Assembly (NCBI GenBank): GCA_902792865.1
Contig: CADBBJ010000019.1
Span: forward strand, 2,012 to 66,011
Source of the DNA: Candidatus Ruminimicrobiellum tauri
GTDB taxonomy: Bacteria > Elusimicrobiota > Endomicrobiia > Endomicrobiales > Endomicrobiaceae
DNA: 64,000 nucleotides
Direction: 5' to 3'
Part shown: positions 61,251 through 64,000 of the stretch, in pieces
How positions within the stretch are numbered: the stretch's first letter is position 1
Layout: every line of letters begins with the position of its first letter
Program-made: the position numbers and the translations under genes
The notes under the pieces: generated by a model
What the model saw: the letters and a program-made list of their open reading frames with translations, nothing else
What the model was told of the DNA's origin: nothing
The model's database searches: none

Positions 61251-64000
61251 ATGTCAGCGGAATTTGTACATTTACACAATCATACGGAATATTCGTTACT
61301 TGACGGTTTGACCAAATTAACAAAAAAAGGTAAACCGTTAGAACTTTTTAATATCATAGGAAAACAGTATCAAATGCCTGCACTTGCAATTACCGATCAC
61401 GGTAACATGTACGGTGCAATGGAGTTTTATTGGGCATGTTTGGATAGCGGTATAAAACCTATTATAGGTTGTGAAGTATATGTTGCCAAGAAAAGCAGGT
61501 TGGATAAAGATAAAGAAAATGTCGGTAATCATCATTTAATATTACTTGCGAAAGATAATGAAGGTTACAGAAACTTATGTTATCTTGTAAGTGCCGGATT
61601 TACGGAAGGTTTTTATTATAAGCCGAGAATAGATAAAGAATTGTTACAACAATATTCTAAAGGTCTTATATGTTCTTCTGCCTGTTTAGCCGGAGAAATA
61701 GCAACACTTCTTTCTGCAGGTAATAAAGAAAAAGCAAAAGAAGTTGCCGGGTGGTATCAGGATGTTTTCGGTAAAGGTAACTACTATCTTGAAATTATGG
61801 ATAACGGTCTTGAAGAACAAAAAAAAATAATTGCACCTCTAATGGAACTTTCAAAAGAAACGGGGATCCCTCTTGTTGCTACAAACGACTGTCACTATTT
61901 AAAACAGGAAGATGCATACTATCACGATATTTTATTATGTGTTAATACACAAAAAATGGTAAACGATCCCAACAGAATGAGAATGGGTTCAAATTTGTTT
62001 TATTACCGTTCACCGGAAGATATGATAAAAACTTTTTCTTATGTTCCCGAAGCAATAAAAAACACACTTGTTATTGCAGATATGGTAGATGTTAAAATAA
62101 GAAAAGGTAACGGTGATTTGTTGCCCAATTTTGAAGTTCCCGAAGGTTATACGGCACAAACATATCTTGAACATCTTTGCAGAGAAGGTCTTAAAAGAAG
62201 GTATCCTGTTATAGAAAAAAAACATACCGACAGATTGGAATACGAACTTTCCGTTATTAAAAAAATGGGTTTTGCTTCTTACTTTTTAATTGTTTGGGAC
62301 TTTATAAAATATTCAAAAGATCATGGAATACCAGTAGGTCCGGGTAGAGGTTCCGGTGCAGGTTCTATTGTAACATATACACTTGGAATTACGGATATTT
62401 GCCCGTTAAAATATGATTTGCTTTTTGAAAGATTTTTAAATCCGGAAAGAGTTTCTATGCCGGATCTTGATATTGATTTTGCGGATTTTGGCAGAGAACA
62501 GGTTATAGACTATGTTAGAAACAAATATGGTAAAGATAATTGTGCTCAAATTATAACTTTCGGTGCTATGGAAGCAAAAATGGTAGTAAAAGATGTCGGC
62601 AGAGTTATGGGTTTTCTTCCGGCAGATACACAAAAAATAGCAAATGCTATTCCTGCAAACTATTCAATTCAGCAAGCATTGACAGAATCTAAAGAGTTAC
62701 AGGAAATTATAAAAAAAGATAATAGAGTTGCAGAACTTATAAAAATATCTTCAAAACTTGAAGGAACGAAAAGACATACCGGTGTTCATGCAGCAGGTCT
62801 AATTGTTGCTCCGGAAGATGTAAGACACTTTTCTCCTCTTGCAATAGGTAAAAAAAATGTAATAACTACACAATATGACGGTAGAATTTTGCCGGACTTA
62901 GGTCTTTTAAAAGTTGACTTTTTAGGGCTTCAAAACTTAACGGTTATAAACGAGGCAGTAAAACTTATAAAGAAAAAAGAACCTGATTTTGATTTGGAAA
63001 AAATTTCTCTTGAGGATAAAAAAACATTTAAACTTTTGCAGGAAGCAAAAACATTCGGTATATTTCAGCTTGAATCCGAAGGTATGCAGAATTTGGTTAG
63101 AAGAATGAAACCTACCAGTATAGAAGATATAACGGCATTGAATGCTCTTTACAGACCGGGACCTATCGGTGCGGGCATGCTTGACATTTTTGTGGATTGC
63201 AAGCATGGCAGAAGAAAAGTTACTTACGATCATCCGTTACAAGAACCTATATTAAAGAACACTTATGGAGTTATTTTGTATCAGGAACAAGTTATGCAAA
63301 TGGCTATGGCTATAGGTGGTTTTACGGCAGGACAAGCGGATGGTTTAAGAAAAGCCATGGGTAAAAAACTTATAGATAAAATGCAGGCCGCAAGAGAAAA
63401 ATTTGTTGACGGCGGTAGAGCTAAAGGAATAGATCCTGCAATAACAAACAAAATTTATGATAACATGGTAACATTCGCGGGATACGGTTTTAATAAATCT
63501 CACTCTGCTGCTTATGCTTATGTTACATATAGAACAGCTTACTTAAAAGCTCATTATACACTTGAATATATGACGGCATGTATGAACAACGAAATAGGTA
63601 AATCTGCGGACAGTAAAGTAATAGAATATATGGAAGATGTTAAACAATTCGGTATAAAAACTTTACCGCCTGATATAAGATATTCAAAAAGTGAATTTTC
63701 GGTTGAGGGGAAAAATATAAGGTTTGGTCTTCTTGCCATAAAAAATGTGGGTGAAGGTGCAGCGGAAAATATAGTTAAAACCGGAGAAAAGTTTGGCAAG
63801 TTTGAATCTTTTGAAGATTTTTTGTCAAAGATAGATTTATCCGCTGTAAACAAAAGAGCAATAGAATGTCTTTGTAAAGCAGGAGTATTTGACTGTTTCG
63901 GTAAAAATAAGTTGGAAGTCAGAGCAAAAATACTGGATAATATAGAAGAAACAATTCAACGGGCAATTAAGACAAAAGAAGAACAAAATGATAGTCAGGG
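61251..64000 (+). CDS. dnaE: DNA polymerase III alpha subunit, 3'-truncated by the window end (absent from the ORF track because there is no stop)
   Basis: The ATG at 61251 lies 8 nt after ggag. The hand translation is MSAEFVHLHNHTEYSLLDG (PHP domain)...GPGRGSGAGSIV...MPDLDIDF...FQLESEGM...YRPGP...GYGFNKSHSAAYA, open to nt 64000. Confidence 0.93.
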   Translation, partial: MSAEFVHLHNHTEYSLLDGLTKLTKKGKPLELFNIIGKQYQMPALAITDHGNMYGAMEFYWACLDSGIKPIIGCEVYVAKKSRLDKDKENVGNHHLILLAKDNEGYRNLCYLVSAGFTEGFYYKPRIDKELLQQYSKGLICSSACLAGEIATLLSAGNKEKAKEVAGWYQDVFGKGNYYLEIMDNGLEEQKKIIAPLMELSKETGIPLVATNDCHYLKQEDAYYHDILLCVNTQKMVNDPNRMRMGSNLFYYRSPEDMIKTFSYVPEAIKNTLVIADMVDVKIRKGNGDLLPNFEVPEGYTAQTYLEHLCREGLKRRYPVIEKKHTDRLEYELSVIKKMGFASYFLIVWDFIKYSKDHGIPVGPGRGSGAGSIVTYTLGITDICPLKYDLLFERFLNPERVSMPDLDIDFADFGREQVIDYVRNKYGKDNCAQIITFGAMEAKMVVKDVGRVMGFLPADTQKIANAIPANYSIQQALTESKELQEIIKKDNRVAELIKISSKLEGTKRHTGVHAAGLIVAPEDVRHFSPLAIGKKNVITTQYDGRILPDLGLLKVDFLGLQNLTVINEAVKLIKKKEPDFDLEKISLEDKKTFKLLQEAKTFGIFQLESEGMQNLVRRMKPTSIEDITALNALYRPGPIGAGMLDIFVDCKHGRRKVTYDHPLQEPILKNTYGVILYQEQVMQMAMAIGGFTAGQADGLRKAMGKKLIDKMQAAREKFVDGGRAKGIDPAITNKIYDNMVTFAGYGFNKSHSAAYAYVTYRTAYLKAHYTLEYMTACMNNEIGKSADSKVIEYMEDVKQFGIKTLPPDIRYSKSEFSVEGKNIRFGLLAIKNVGEGAAENIVKTGEKFGKFESFEDFLSKIDLSAVNKRAIECLCKAGVFDCFGKNKLEVRAKILDNIEETIQRAIKTKEEQNDSQ

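Noticed and set aside
61338-63853. Minus-strand ORFs 61338..61535, 62010..62225, 62436..62633, 62937..63233 and 63554..63853
   Set aside because: All lie antisense within the continuous dnaE reading frame. That frame is missing from the ORF track only because the window ends before its stop.

Overview
AT-rich (about 30% G+C by eye) bacterial chromosomal window from a diderm lineage, judged from an OmpA-domain protein, FlgD-Ig/T9SS-like C-terminal domains, lipoproteins and an ECF sigma/anti-sigma pair. I cannot name the organism. All domain calls are motif recognition by eye; no database search was run.

From about 15 kb to 64 kb the content is mostly ordinary housekeeping. It includes recO, infC-rpmI-rplT, ktrBA, pheST, rplM-rpsI, lysC, cimA, panBC, nadB, hisG, rsfS, ispE, spoVG, paaK, dxr, IHF/HU-MerR, gpsA, plsY, der and a 3'-truncated dnaE. 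It also carries tRNA-Asp, two tRNA-Gln and tRNA-Pro.

The unusual part is the left 15 kb. It holds a tandem family of giant multidomain proteins. One is 2,682 aa (6267-14315), one is 1,167 aa (1268-4771), and a 5'-partial copy runs off the left edge (3-1247). They share a protein-kinase-like domain and three large conserved modules I cannot assign. The largest copy also has an N-terminal membrane anchor, a possible ChaN/Tiki-like domain, an HExxH motif and tandem repeats of about 105 aa. The upstream copy is split by an out-of-frame 73-nt gap.

Each giant gene is followed by a G+C-richer mosaic 'repeat island' (4847-5552 and 14316-14830). A third island (39172-40150) lies next to a radical-SAM pair. 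The islands are built from a small vocabulary of modules:
- a hairpin family with conserved flanks (gtcattSc...ggcaatcca) and co-varying cores;
- an invariant 36-nt element present five times;
- a linker motif;
- a 170-270 bp unit;
- GCCGTT-type T/G-rich spacers.

One of the two radical-SAM genes is split by a 1-nt frameshift in an A-run. No transposase, integrase, cas, reverse-transcriptase or phage genes were seen.
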